Positions 36,473 through 50,599 of a DNA stretch of 64,000 nucleotides are shown here, one piece after another. The notes beneath the pieces are model-generated. The model did not search any database and was not told where the DNA came from. It worked only from the letters and a program-made list of their open reading frames with translations. How positions within the stretch are numbered: position 1 is the first letter of the stretch; each line of letters begins with the position of its first letter. The position numbers were made by a program, and so were the translations under genes. The stretch comes from Eledone cirrhosa. Lineage: Eukaryota. Location: positions 23,870,001-23,934,000 of the forward strand of contig OZ024758.1 in assembly GCA_964016885.1 (NCBI GenBank), written 5' to 3'.

Positions 36473-36717
36473 CAGGCATGTCAAACAGGCGGCTTGCGGC
36501 CCTTTACAAGCACACCTGCGGCCCTTTGCAAGAACACCTGCGGCCCTTTACAAGCACACCTGCGGCCCACACAAAGGTTTTTACAGCGCGAGCATGTTTT
36601 ATCTTCGGAATATAAAATTAAAAACATTTTGTGCGCAATTAGTTGTTGTGTGTGGCCCTTAGGCAACACATATGTGACCCATGTAGCTCTCGGGAGACCC
36701 TCAGTTTGACATGCCTG
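36473..36717. mobile_element. hAT MITE inserted in a SINE
   Basis: TIR CAGGCATGTCAAAC / GTTTGACATGCCTG; 8-bp TSD ATATAGAG / ATATCGAG. Confidence 0.85.
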
Positions 36718-37257
36718 ATATCGAGGACGAATCGACCCCAGTACTAGACTGGTATTTTTTTTTATCGACCTCGAATGGATGAAAGGCAAAGTTGACCCCG
36801 GCGGGGATTTGAACTCAGAGAGAGAGAGAGAGACTGAATACTGCAAAACATCCAATCTCACGTTTTAACATCTCTGTTAATTCGTCGCCTATGGCGTTTA
36901 TAATATATTAGTAATAATCTAATTAATTGAATTTACGAGAAAAATAATAATTAAGCTCAATCAATGGATGACGATTTTAATGCATCGAAATAGAAAAGTG
37001 GTAATGGCGGCACTAGTAATGTACATTCGCCAAAAATAAAATAAGTTTGTCCATTTATCGTTGCTATTTAATTTGATTACTGCAATTTATTTAATTAAAT
37101 TAATTAAAAAATACAAGCATCTCGGAAGTATTCCGGCTATTGGATCAACCGTAATATGACAATTATTCATAAACATTGAAGGAAGCCGAGTCCTCCTACA
37201 GTGGCCACATTTATGGCCAGTTTCTATATATAAATTTGAGCAACTTCCGTCCGTCAC

Positions 37258-39424
37258 ACTATGTGTGTGAGTGTGAATGTGTGTGTGACTATGTGTGAAT
37301 GTGTGAGTGTCACTATGTGTGAATGTGTGAGTGTGTGTGACTGTATGTGTGAATGTGTGAGTGTTACTATGTGTGAATGTGTGAGTGTGTGTGACTGTAT
37401 GTGTGAATGTGTGAGTGTCACTATGTGTGAATGTGTGAGTGACTGAGTGACTGTATGTGTGAATGTGTGAGTGTCACTATGTGTGAATGTGTGAGTGTGT
37501 GTGACTGTATGTGTGAATGTGTGAGTGTCACTATGTGTGAATGGGTGAGTGTGTGTGACTGTATGTGTGAATGTGTGAGTGTCACTATGTGTGAATGTGT
37601 GAGTGTGTGTGACTGTATGTGTGAATGTGTGAGTGTTACTATGTGTGAATGTGTGAGTGTGTGTGACTGTATGTGTGAATGTGTGAGTGTCACTATGTGT
37701 GAATGTGTGAGTGTGTGTGACTGTATGTGTGAATGTGTGAGTGTTACTATGTGTGAATGTGTGAGTGTGTGTGACTGTATGTGTGAATGTGTGAGTGTCA
37801 CTATGTGTGAATGTGTGAGTGTGTGTGACTGTATGTGTGAATGTGTGAGTGTCACTATGTGTGAATGTGTGAGTGTGTGTGACTGTATGTGTGAATGTGT
37901 GAGTGTCACTATGTGTGAATGTGTGAGTGTGTGTGACTGTATGTGTGAATGTGTGAGTGTCACTATGTGTGAATGTGTGAGTGTGTGTGACTGTATGTGT
38001 GAATGTGTGAGTGTCACTATGTGTGAATGTGTGAGTGTGTGTGACTGTATGTGTGAATGTGTGAGTGTTACTATGTGTGAATGTGTGAGTGTGTGTGACT
38101 GTATGTGTGAATGTGTGAGTGTCACTATGTGTGAATGTGTGAGTGACTGAGTGACTGTATGTGTGAATGTGTGAGTGTCACTATGTGTGAATGTGTGAGT
38201 GACTGAGTGACTGTATGTGTGAATGTGTGAGTGTTACTATGTGTGAATGTGTGAGTGTGTGTGACTGTATGTGTGAATGTGTGAGTGTCACTATGTGTGA
38301 ATGTGTGAGTGTGTGTGACTGTATGTGTGAATGTGTGAGTGTTACTATGTGTGAATGTGTGAGTGTGTGTGACTGTATGTGTGAATGTGTGAGTGTCACT
38401 ATGTGTGAATGTGTGAGTGTGTGTGACTATGTGTGAATGTGTGAGTGTCACTATGTGTGAATGTGTGAGTGTGTGTGACTGTATGTGTGAATGTGTGAGT
38501 GTTACTATGTGTGAATGTGTGAGTGTGTGTGACTGTATGTGTGAATGTGTGAGTGTCACTATGTGTGAATGTGTGAGTGACTGAGTGACTGTATGTGTGA
38601 ATGTGTGAGTGTCACTATGTGTGAATGTGTGAGTGACTGAGTGACTGTATGTGTGAATGTGTGAGTGTTACTATGTGTGAATGTGTGAGTGTGTGTGACT
38701 GTATGTGTGAATGTGTGAGTGTCACTATGTGTGAATGTGTGAGTGTGTGTGACTGTATGTGTGAATGTGTGAGTGTCACTATGTGTCAATGTGTGAGTGT
38801 GTGTGACTGTATGTGTGAATGTGTGAGTGTGTGTGACTATGTGTGAATGTGTGAGTGTTACTATGTGTGAATGTGTGAGTGTGTGTGACTATGTGTGAAT
38901 GTGTGAGTGTCACTATGTGTGAATGTGTGAGTGTGTGTGACTGTATGTGTGAATGTCACTATGTGTGAATGTGTGAGTGTGTGTGACTATGTGTGAATGT
39001 GTGAATGTGTGAGTGTTACTATGTGTGAATGTGTGAGTGTGTGTGACTGTATGTGTGAATGTGTGAGTGTCACTATGTGTGAATGTGTGAGTGTGTGTGA
39101 CTGTATGTGTGAATGTGTGAGTGTCACTATGTGTGAATGTGTGAGTGTGTGTGACTGTGTGTGAATGTGTGAGTGTCACTATGTGTGAATGTGTGAGTGA
39201 CTGAGTGTGACTATGTGTGAGTGACTGAGTGTGACTATGTGTGTGTGACTATGTGTGAGTGTGTGAATGTGTGAGTATGTGAGTGAATGTATGTGTGAGT
39301 GAATGTATGTGAGTGAATGTATGTGTGAATGTGTGTGTGTGTGAATGTATGTGTGAATGTGTGTGTGTGTGTGAATGTATGTGTGAATGTGTGTTTGTGT
39401 GAATGTACGTGTGTGTGTGTGTGT
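37258..39424. repeat. 54-bp (24+30) TG-rich satellite
   Basis: ATGTGTGAATGTGTGAGTGTCACT + ATGTGTGAATGTGTGAGTGTGTGTGACTGT. Confidence 0.95.
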
Positions 39425-39575
39425 AAAAAAGGAAGGAAGGGGATGGTGAAAAATCTACAGCAACATAGTGGTTGGCGTTCCATTTGCTACGCTGTGTGTG
39501 AGTGTATGTGTAGCTAGTGCGTCTGTGTGAATGTATGTCTGAGTATTTTTTTTTGTAGGTGCGTCTGTATTTGCG

Positions 39576-39615
<40 letters not shown>

Positions 39616-39619
<4 letters not shown>

Positions 39620-39775
39620 AGGAAAAGCGAAGTAGTTTCAGATGTTCAAGTCTTGAACATCAAGTCTTGAACATCTGAAACTACTTCGCTTTTCCTTATT
39701 CGATATTTACTCCGTCACTCCTATGTGGAATAAGTACGTTGAGTGCTTGAATTGAATTGCATCAATATTTACTCT

Positions 39776-39780
<5 letters not shown>
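39616..39780 (+). mobile_element. Fold-back element in (TA)n
   Basis: Palindrome 39616-39700 with a GAAAC arm; tail with ACTC...GAGTGCT. Confidence 0.65.
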
Positions 39781-39815
<35 letters not shown>

Positions 39816-40231
39816 TCATACACGTGACAGCGTGTTGAAAAAGATTCTTGAACTAGGAAAAGGTTACCATGACTGGCTCTTCCAGCACATCTCCCTTACC
39901 ATCCTCTGCAGAAACGCCTTCTCCATTCTGTCCGCCGGGGCTGTGGGGCGGCCAGCACTTGGGACCCCACCAGAGAGATGGGGGGGGGGGGGGGGGGTAA
40001 GAGAGATGGAGGAGAACGACAGTGGGAGTTCGGCTCTTCCGTGTGTCAGATTATTATAGAACTTTAATTATGAGGAGTTACTATAACTCAATGCTATGAA
40101 ATTGAACCTTGAAAAATAAGGAGTGCCTGCATTCCTGAGGGTAATATCAACATTGAATAATCTAGGATTTAATAAAGTGAAACATGACTATCTGTAACAT
40201 ACTGTTACAGATAGACTGTAGGACTATAGTT

Positions 40232-40688
40232 AACATGTTGTAGTATATGGACGACATGTGGTGGTATATGGACGACATGTAGTGGTATATGGACGATATT
40301 TAGTGGTATATGGATGATATTTAGTGGTATATGGACGATATGTGGTGGTATATGGACGACATGTAGTGGTATATGGACGACATGTGGTGGTATATGGACG
40401 ACATATAGTGGTGTATGGACGACATATAGTGGTGTATGGACGACATGTGGTGGTGTATGGACGACGTGTGGTGGTGTATGGACGACATGTAGTGGTATAT
40501 GGACGACATGTGGTGGTATATGGACAACATGTAGTGGTATATGGACGACATATAGTGGTATATAGACGACATGTAGTGGTATATTGACGACATGTGGTGG
40601 TATATGGACGACATGTGGTGGTATATGGACGACATGTAGTGGTATATGGACGACATGTGGTGGTATATGGACGACATGTAGTGGTATA
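40232..40688. repeat. 21-bp minisatellite
   Basis: TGGTATATGGACGACATGT(A/G)G. Confidence 0.95.
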
Positions 40689-41295
40689 GAGTTGTTTGTG
40701 TTTATATTTGGGTTGGTGTCTGTGTTTATGTCTTATAACTTAGCGGTTTTACGAAAACGAGATCGATCAAACGAGTACCAGACTTGAAAAAAAGAAGTAC
40801 TGGGTCGATATTATTGACTAAATCACGGTGGTGCTCCAGCATAGCCGGAATCTAATGAGTGGAATTGGCAAAGGAGTACACAGAGACACACACACATACA
40901 TACATACATACATACATATATACACATACATACATATATATTATATTATGTTTGGAGGCTCCAGTAATATAATAGAACCAAGATTTAATCCACAAATTAG
41001 CCGGCATACGTGAAACTAATTTTAGCAGCCATGATCCAACCGTTGTGAAATTTTAAGTCAAGTGTCCAAGATCTACTAGTTCCATGATATGTTACGACAC
41101 CAGCTAAGCACGTGACTAACAGGTCATTAGCATGACCTGACCATTCACTTTCTGAATAATCATGAGGTCCCGAATTTAATTACACAGAGTGACATCTTCG
41201 ACTTGTGTCTTGGCCTCGGGTCAACCGAAGTCTTTTGAGTGCAATTGGCGTGACAAACAGTTTCGGAGCCCCGTTAGATGGACCGATCGTATCTA

Positions 41296-41393
41296 CAGGG
41301 TGTCCCCCAAAAATGTATACACACTTCGATCACTTGTACAGGCAATATCTATTAGAATGCTAAAGTGTGTATACATTTTTTGGGGACACCCTG
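41296..41393. mobile_element. Tc1/mariner MITE
   Basis: TA-CAGGGTGTCCCC..GGGGACACCCTG-TA. Confidence 0.85.
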
Positions 41394-41454
41394 TATTTAA
41401 AATAAAAAAAAAGCTACATGATGTCACATGCCGTTACATTGCTAAATTTACCCG

Positions 41455-41630
41455 AAGTATCGGTAGAGGGTCGGACGCCATGCTTTGTAGCAAAGAGTTA
41501 CGGCCCTTTATGGTCTGAGTTCAAATCCCGCCGAGGTTAACTTTGCCTTTCATCCTTACGGGGTCGATAAAATAAAGTACCAGTAATGTACTGGATGATT
41601 GCTGGCCCCTTGTGCCAAAAGTAGAAACAA
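41455..41630 (+). mobile_element. tRNA-derived SINE
   Basis: Matches 34137-34322. Confidence 0.85.
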
Positions 41631-42052
41631 TTATTTCATTAAATCCACGAGTAAAATCTCTAGAATACTAAACCACTTACGGCTATAATTCAACGAGAAA
41701 GTAATTCAGTTGATGTAACATGCGGAGTACTCATCATCGAAACTGACGGAGATCCATTTATTCTTGCTATTTAAGTGCATATGTAAGCGTATTTGACATT
41801 TCTTCGTCTTCAATCTCTCTCTCCTTCTGTCTTCCTTCAACTGCTTTTTTCCCTCTACACTTTCTTTCTATCATAATCTCTTCCTTTCTTTCTAGTATAA
41901 GTTACCATAGGTTTATTTCTTCCTTCTCTCTCATTCTTTTCCTCCCTATTTCGTATAATACTTGTCTATTTCTCTTCCAGTCCTCTCTCTGCGTGCGTGC
42001 GTGCGTGCGTGCGCGTATATATTATATATATATATAATCTATCTATATATAT

Positions 42053-42590
42053 GAAAAATTCGGGACCTCAGGCCGTTTCAAATGTAGGGTCTCAGCCGTC
42101 GAGGTCCCGAATTTTTCCTATTACCCACTCTTCTACCCCAGGTATGGAGTACTCTGGTGAGTAATGGTCTAATTGGTTTTTACCGCTTCCATTACTATAC
42201 GTGCGCGTGCGTGCGTGTGTGTCCCGGGATCAATCGGGGTTAACCACAGTAAGGTACTCAATACATAGTGTAAAATATTTAATATAGAAATGGCTTCTAC
42301 AAGACTAGAACTGTTTCATTCGAAGAGCTTTCCTTCGAATGAAACAGCTCTAGTCCTGTAGAAAGAAACCATCTCTCTCTCTCTCTCTCTTTATATATAT
42401 ATATATATATACATATATGAAAATGTATGACCCCCGACGGCAGTGCTCAAGCCGTTTCAGTCCAAGCCGTCGAAACGGCTGGGGCTCTGCCGTCGGGGTC
42501 ATACATTTTCCTATTACCCACTCTACTACCCTAAGTATTGAGTACTCTGGTGGGTTTTGGTCCATCGTGTTCCTTACCACAACTCCATTT
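42053..42590. mobile_element. Cluster of fold-back elements (family A x2, family B x1)
   Basis: 42053-42220 A (+), 42223-42365 B (-), 42418-42590 A (+). Confidence 0.7.
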
Positions 42591-42754
42591 TGTATGTATG
42601 TATGTATGTATGTATGTATGTATGTATGTATGTATGTATGTATGTATGTATGTATGTATGTATGTATGTATGTATGTATGTATGTATGTATGTATGGTGG
42701 TTAGAGAGAAAGAGACCCGCCTGATATATGAAATAAATAAATAAATATAAATAA

Positions 42755-42783
<29 letters not shown>

Positions 42784-42788
<5 letters not shown>

Positions 42789-43194
42789 GGAAAAAATGAA
42801 ACGAAATTTCATTTCTCACTCTTAGTACGGCTGTTACATAAATATAAGTATGTATACGTACATACATATATGTATACAGACGTACAGCAGTATGTATATA
42901 TATACATACATACATACACACATATATATATATGTACGTATGGATTTACCGAACATTTATTATAATGCTCGGTGTGTTTGTAAACAAACATCTCGAATTA
43001 AGCCGTACAGTGTTTAGCAACCATCGTTGCCCTTTTGTTCAACACTGACAAAGGAACGATGTACTAGTTTCAAGCTTATTAGCTATCGTCAGCACCGTAT
43101 ACATTCCTTGAACGTCTGAAAGTATATACTTTCCTTATGCATATTAACGGCTGAGCATCCTAATTTGTATATCGAGTGAGTTAATCGGCTGGGC
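42784..43194 (-). mobile_element. Diverged monomer of the 422-bp hammerhead element
   Basis: Colinear with 11023-11430, between (TA)n tracts. Confidence 0.9.
43056..43098 (-). ncRNA. Type I hammerhead ribozyme
   Basis: ACGGTG-CTGACGA-T.AGCT.AATA.AGCT.T-GAAA-CTAG-TA-CATCGT. Confidence 0.85.
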
Positions 43195-43484
43195 AATATA
43201 TATATATATGATTATGTCATTTATTTTGTCTGACCTGTTTGGCTTAGGTCGTTTATGGCATCTTGACCGCCTTCTCAGTTTGTATGGCCTTTATAACCTA
43301 TGTTTATTGCTCTGCTCTTTTTTAGCCCATGGAGCGGTTGCCAGCATGACTCGGAATTTGCGTTAGATTTCGCACTTTCTACCCGCCGAAATGAGATTCT
43401 CGCTGAATTTATATATATATATATATATATATATATCAGGTGTCTTTTTAACTCCCATTGTATATCACAATTCTTTCTATCACC

Positions 43485-43521
43485 CCCCTCTCTCTCTATA
43501 TATATATATATATATAAATAT

Positions 43522-43574
<53 letters not shown>

Positions 43575-43603
43575 ACTCTCTCTCTCTCTATATATATATA
43601 TAT

Positions 43604-43652
<49 letters not shown>

Positions 43653-43781
43653 ACTCTCTCTCTATATATATATATAACTCTTTCTCTCTCTATATATATA
43701 TATAACTCTCTCTCTATATATATATATATAACTCTCTCTCTATATATATATAACTCTCTCTCTCTATATATATATATATAA

Positions 43782-43814
<33 letters not shown>

Positions 43815-43815
43815 A

Positions 43816-43848
<33 letters not shown>

Positions 43849-43849
43849 A

Positions 43850-43882
<33 letters not shown>

Positions 43883-44461
43883 ACTCTCTCTCTCTCTCTC
43901 TATTTATCTCATGCGCGATCTTTTTCATTATCTTGTCTCCATTCATATCTCAGTCTCATACATACGTCTCTCTTCTACCCCCCCCCCTCCTCATTCCCTA
44001 TCTTCTCAGGTTTTCGATTGTTCTTTTGCTTTTTATTCTCATTCTATCTTTTTCTCTACCACACACCTTTTGCAGCCCCCCCCTCTCACACAACTTTTCT
44101 CTCTTAAGCGCTCTTTTTCCCCCTCTCTCTCACACACACACACCTCTCTCACACACACACACACACAACCACACACACATCTCTCTCACACACACAACCA
44201 CACACAAACTCTCACACACACACACCTCTCTCTCACACACACACCTCTCTCACACACACACACACACCTCTCTCTCTCACACACACACACCTCTCTCTCT
44301 CACACACACACACCTCTCTCTCTCACACACACACACCTCTCTCTCTCACACACACACACCTCTCTCTCTCACACACACACACCTCTCTCTCACACACACA
44401 CACCTCTCTCTCACACACACACACCTCTCTCTCACACACACACACCTCTCTCTCTCTCTCT
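43485..44461. repeat. (CT)n/(TA)n and (CT)n/(CA)n composite microsatellites
   Basis: Direct reading. Confidence 0.9.
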
Positions 44462-44659
44462 CGATAATGCATTCGACCACGTTTTCGTCATCGTCTCTTC
44501 TTGGTGACTGATGGCGATAGTCATATATTAATACTAGTTATAATAGTTGTATTGGTGTCGGGGTTAGTTGTTTGGATGGTAATAGTAGTGGTGGTTGTTG
44601 GGAGTGATTATAGTGGAAGTTGTGGTAGTTGATACAATGATGTTACTAGTGAAAGTGGC

Positions 44660-45480
44660 TGGTACTGGTACTAGCGTTGGTGGTGTTGGTACTGGTACTA
44701 GCATTGGTGGTGTTGGTACTGGTGTTGGTACTAGCGTTGGTGGTGTTGGTACTGGTACTGGTACTAGCGTTGGTGGTACTGGTACTAGCATTGGTGGTGT
44801 TGGTACTGGTGTTGGTACTAGCGTTGGTGGTACTGGTACTAGCGTTGGTACTACTGGTACTAGCGTTGGTACTACTGGTACTAGCGTTGGTACTACTGGT
44901 ACTAGCGTTGCTACTACTGGTACTAGCGTTGCTACTACTGGTACTAGCGTTGCTACTACTGGTACTAGCGTTGCTACTACTTGTACTAGCGTTGCTACTA
45001 CTGGTACTAGCGTTGCTACTACTGGTACTAGCGTGGGTACTACTGGTACTTGCGTGGGTACTACTGGTACTAGCGTGGGTACTACTGGTACTAGCGTTGC
45101 TACTACTGGTACTAGCGTTGCTACTACTGGTACTAGCGTTGCTACTACTGGTACTAGCGTTGCTACTACTGGTACTAGCGTTGGTACTGTTGGTACTAGC
45201 GTTGCTACTACTGGTACTAGCGTGGGTACTACTGGTACTAGCGTGGGTACTACTGGTACTAGCGTTGCTACTACTGGTACTAGCGTTGGTACTACTGGTA
45301 CTAGCGTTGCTACTACTGGTACTAGCGTTGGTACTACTGGTACTAGCGTTGCTACTACTGGTACTAGCGTTGGTACTGTTGGTAGTGCTGTTGGTACTGT
45401 TGGTAGTGCTGTTGGTACTGTTGGTAGTGCTGTTGGTACTGTTGGTAGTGCTGTTGGTACTGGTGATGGTACTGGTACTG
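44660..45480. repeat. 21-bp triplet-based minisatellite
   Basis: ACTGGTACTAGCGTTG(C/G)TACT. Confidence 0.9.
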
Positions 45481-45872
45481 CTGCTGGGAGGTGTGTTAGT
45501 CGGAAACGTGTTAGTAAGGGGTCGTGGAAGTAGTAAATTGTTAAGTTGTAAGAGAGGAGGAGGCGATACTTGATAAAGTGGTGGCGGAGGTGATGTTTAG
45601 TAATGGTGTAAACTTAGTGCATGGCATGCGACCACAGCCGGCGTGGTGGGGGGTGGGGGGTGGGGTGAGGGGGGAGGGTAAGGGCACTTGTGTAGCTTCC
45701 TTCGAAAGCACGACAGGAAACTTAGAAAGGAGAACGAAAGCTTTGTTTTATCAACAGCAGCAGCAGCAGCAGCAGTACAGCCGGTCAACCATGCCGCGTG
45801 TTTCCTGCATTGGTGGCAGTTAATAACGTTATGGCGGTCGGCGGCGGCGGAGACCGCGGCGAGGATAATAGA

Positions 45873-48800
45873 TAACAGCAGCAGGAGAAGCAGCAACAGC
45901 AGGAGTAGCAGCAGCAAGAGTAGCAGCAGCAACAGCAGGAGTAGCAGCAGCAAGAGTAGCAGCAGCAGGAGTAGCAGCAGCAAGAGTAGCAGGAGTAGCA
46001 GCAGCAACAGCAGGAGTAGCAGCAGCAAGAGTAGCAGCAGCAACAGCAGGAGTAGCAGCAGCAGGAGTAGCAGCAGCAACAGCAGGAGTAGCAGCAGCAG
46101 GAGTAGCAGCAGCAACAGCAGGAGTAGCAGCAGCAAGAGTAGCAGCAGCAACAGCAGGAGTAGCAGCAGCAAGAGTAGCAGCAGCAACAGCAGGAGTAGC
46201 AGCAGCAAGCGTAGCAGCAGCAGCAAGCGTAGCAGCAGCAAGAGTAGCAGCAACAACAATAACATCAACAACAACAACAGCAGCAGGAGAAGCAGCAACA
46301 GCAAGAGCAGCAGCAACAATAACAACAACAACAGCAGAAGTAGCAGCAGCAGCAACAATAACAACAGCAGGAGTAGCAGCAGCAAAAATAACAACAACAA
46401 CAGCAGGAGTAGCAGCAGCAGCAACAGAAAGAGCAACAGCAGCAACAATAACAACAACAGCAAGATTAGCAGCAGCAACAATAATAACAGCAACACCAGC
46501 AACAATAACACCACCAACAACAACAACAACTGCAGTAGTAGCTCCACCACCACCAACAACAACAACACTAACATTAAAATATACTCTAAAAACAACAACA
46601 ACAACAACTAAAGTAACAACAATATTTAATATTAACTACTGCAATAAAAGCATTGCCAACAAGAATACTAACAGTAACCAGACCAACAACAGTAATAATA
46701 CTAACAGTGACCAGTAATAGTAACAGTAACCAGACCTACAACAGTAATAATACTAACAGTAACCAGACCTACAACAGTAATAATACTAACAGTAACCAGA
46801 CCTACAACAGTAATAATACTAACAGTAACCAGACCTACAACAGCAGTAATACTAACAGTAACCAGACCTACAACAGTAATAATACTAACAGTGACCAGTA
46901 ATAGTAACAGTAACCAGACCAACAGTAATAATACTAACAGTAACCAGACCTACAACAGTAATAATACTAACAGTAACGAGACCAAAAACAGTAATAATAC
47001 TAACAGTAACCCGACCTACAACAGTAATAATACTAACAGTAACCAAACCAACAACAGTAATAATACTAACAGTAACCAGACCTACAACAGTAATAATACT
47101 AACAGTAACCAGACCAACAACAGTAATAGTACTAACAGTAATCAGACCTACAGCAGTAATAATACTAACAGTAACCAGACCTACAACAGTAATAATACTA
47201 ACAGTAACCAGACCTACAACAGTAATAATACTAACAGTAACCAGACCTACAACAGTAATAATACTAACAGTAACCAGACCAACAACAGTAACCAGACCAA
47301 CAACAGTAATAGTACTAACAGTAACCAGACCTACAGCAGTAATAATACTAACAGTAACCAGACCTACAACAGTAATAATACTAACAGTAACCAGACCTAC
47401 AACAGTAATAATACTAACAGTAACCAGACCTACAACAGTAACCAGACCTACAACAGTAATAATACTAACAGTAACCAGACCTACAACAGTAATAATACTA
47501 ACAGTAACCAGACCAACAAGAGTAATAATACTAACAGTAATCAGACCAACAACAGTAATAATACTAACAGTGAACAGTAATAGTAACAGTAACCAGACCA
47601 ACAGTAATAGTACTAACAGTAACCAGACCAACAACAGTAATAGTACTAACAGTAACCAGACCAACAACAGTAATAATACTAACAGTAACCAGACCTACAA
47701 CAGTAATAGTACTAACAGTAACCAGACCAACAACAGTAATAGTACTAACAATGACCAGACCAACAACAGTAATAGTACTAACAGTAACCAGACCAACAAC
47801 AGTAATAATATTAACAGTAACCAGACCAATAACAGTAATAATACTAACAGTGACCAGTAATAGTAACAGTAACCAGACCAACAACAGTAATAGTACTAAC
47901 AGTAACCAGACCAACAACAGTAATATTACTAACAGTAACCAGACCAAAAACAGTAATAATACTAACAGTAACCAGACCTACAACAGTAATAATACTAACA
48001 GTGACCGGTAATAGTAACAGTAACCAGACCAACAGTAATAATACTAACAGTAACCAGACATACAACAGTAATAATACTAACAGTGACCAGTAATAGTAAC
48101 AGTAACCAGACCAACAGTAATAATACTAACAGTAACCAGACCTACAACAGTAATAATACTAACAATGACCAGTAATAGTAACAGTAACCAGACCAACTAA
48201 TAATACTAACAGTAACCAGACCAACAACAGTAATAATACTAACAGTAACCAGACCTACAACAGTAATACTAACAGTAACCAGACCTACAACAGTAATAAT
48301 ACTAACAGTAACCAGACCAACAACAACTATAGTTCTAACAGTGACCAGTAATACTAACAGTAATACTAACAATAATACTAACAGTAACCAGACCAACAAC
48401 AGTAATAATACTAACAGTAACCAGACCCAAAACAGTAATAATACTAACAGTAACCAGACCTACAACAGTAATAATACTAACAGTGACCAGTAATAGTAAC
48501 AGTAACCAGACCAACAGTAATAATACTAACAGTAACCAGACCTACAACAGTAATAATACTAACAGTGACCAGTAATAGTAACAGTAACCAGACCAACAGT
48601 AATAATAGTAACAGTAACCAGACCTACAACAGTAACAATACTAACAGTGACCAGACCTACAACAGTAATAATACTAACAGTAACCAGACCAACAACAGTA
48701 ATAATACTAACAGTGACCAGTAATAGTAACCAGACCAACAGTAATAATACTAACAGTAACCAGTAATAGTAACCAGACCAACAGTAATAATACTAACAGT

Positions 48801-50250
48801 AACGAGACCTACAACAGTAATAATACTAACAGTAACGAAACCTACAACAGTAATAATACTAACAGTAACGAGACCTACAACAGTAATAATACTAACAGTG
48901 ACCAGTCCTACAACAGTAATAATACTAACAGTGACCAGTAATAGTAACCAGACCAACAGTAATAATACTAACAGTAACCAGACCAACAGTAATAATACTA
49001 ACAGTAACCAGACCAACAGTAATAATACTAACAGTAACGAGACCTACAACAGTAATAATACTAACAGTGACCAGTCCTACAACAGTAATAATACTAACAG
49101 TGACCAGTAATAGTAACCAGACCAACAGTAATAATACTAACAGTAACCAGACCAACAGTAATAATACTAACAGTAACCAGACCAACAGTAATAATACTAA
49201 CAGTATCGAGACCTACAACAGTAATAATACTAACAGTAACGAGACCTACAACAGTAATAATACTAACAGTAACCAGACCAACAACAGTAATAATACTAAC
49301 AGTAACCAGACCTACAACAACTATAGTTCTAACAGTGACCAGTAATACCAACAGTAATACCAACAGTAATACCAACAGTAATACCAACAGTAATACCAAC
49401 AGTAATACCAACAGTAATACTTACAGTAATACCAACAGTAATACTTACAGTAATACCAACAGTAATACCAACAGTAATACCAACAGTAATACTTACAGTA
49501 ATACCAACAGTAATACCAACAGTAATACTTACAGTAATACCAACAGTAATACCTACAGTAATACTAACAGTAATACCTACAGTAATACTAACAGTAATAC
49601 CTACAGTAATACTAACAGTAATACTAACAGTAATACTAACAGTAATACCAACAGTAATACTTACAGTAATACTAACAGTAATACTAACAGTAATACCAAC
49701 AGTAATACTAACAGTAATACTAACAGTAACTAGACTAACAACAGTAGCGGCAACATCAATAACAACTAAAGGTAAACAACTGAAAGGAACAACAACTCAA
49801 CAATACTAGGTAGTGTAACGAAGAAAACGACATCATCTCTAGTATCATCATCAACATCTCTAGTATCTTCATCATCAACATCTCTAGTATCATCATCATC
49901 AACATCTCTAGTATCATCATCATCAACATCTCTAGTATCATCAACATCTCTAGTATCATCATCATCATCTCTAGTATCATCAACATCTCTAGTATCATCA
50001 TCAACATCTCTAGTATCATCAACATCTCTAGTAACATCATCAACATCTCTAGTATCATCATCAACATCTCTAGTATCATCATCATCAACATCTCTCGTAT
50101 CATCATCATCAACATCTCTAGTATCATCATCATCAACATCTCTAGTATCATCATCAACATCTCTAGTATCATCATCATCATCTCTATCATCATCATCATC
50201 AACATCTCTAGTATCAACATCATCTTTAGTATCATCATCATCAACATTAA
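45873..50250. repeat. Series of triplet-based satellites (AGC/AAC, 33-bp, 12-bp, ATC-rich)
   Basis: AACAGTAATAATACTAACAGTAACCAGACCTAC; AGTAATACCAAC; (ATC)nAACATCTCTAGT. Confidence 0.9.
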
Positions 50251-50599
50251 GTAAAGCAACAATTAAAGCAACAATCTATAACAGCAACAACAACAGCAGC
50301 AGCAATATAAACAATAACATATACACAACAGTAAGAACGAGCCTCTATGTGGTTACTCTACATGCTAGAAATAGCAGTCAAATCTCCTTCAAGTAAAAGT
50401 CCATCTTTTAGGAAAAGAAAAAAAAGAAAAAAAGGATTAAAAAATACATTGGATAATACTAGCATGGATATACAGGCCAAAATAATGGGATGGTCATGGA
50501 TGGAATACCTTTGATGATAGGTTTGTTCGTTCGGAGCCGACTAAATAACAGCAATAGTTACGCAAATAACTGTGTTGGCCAGTCATCTGCCGAGTTGCC

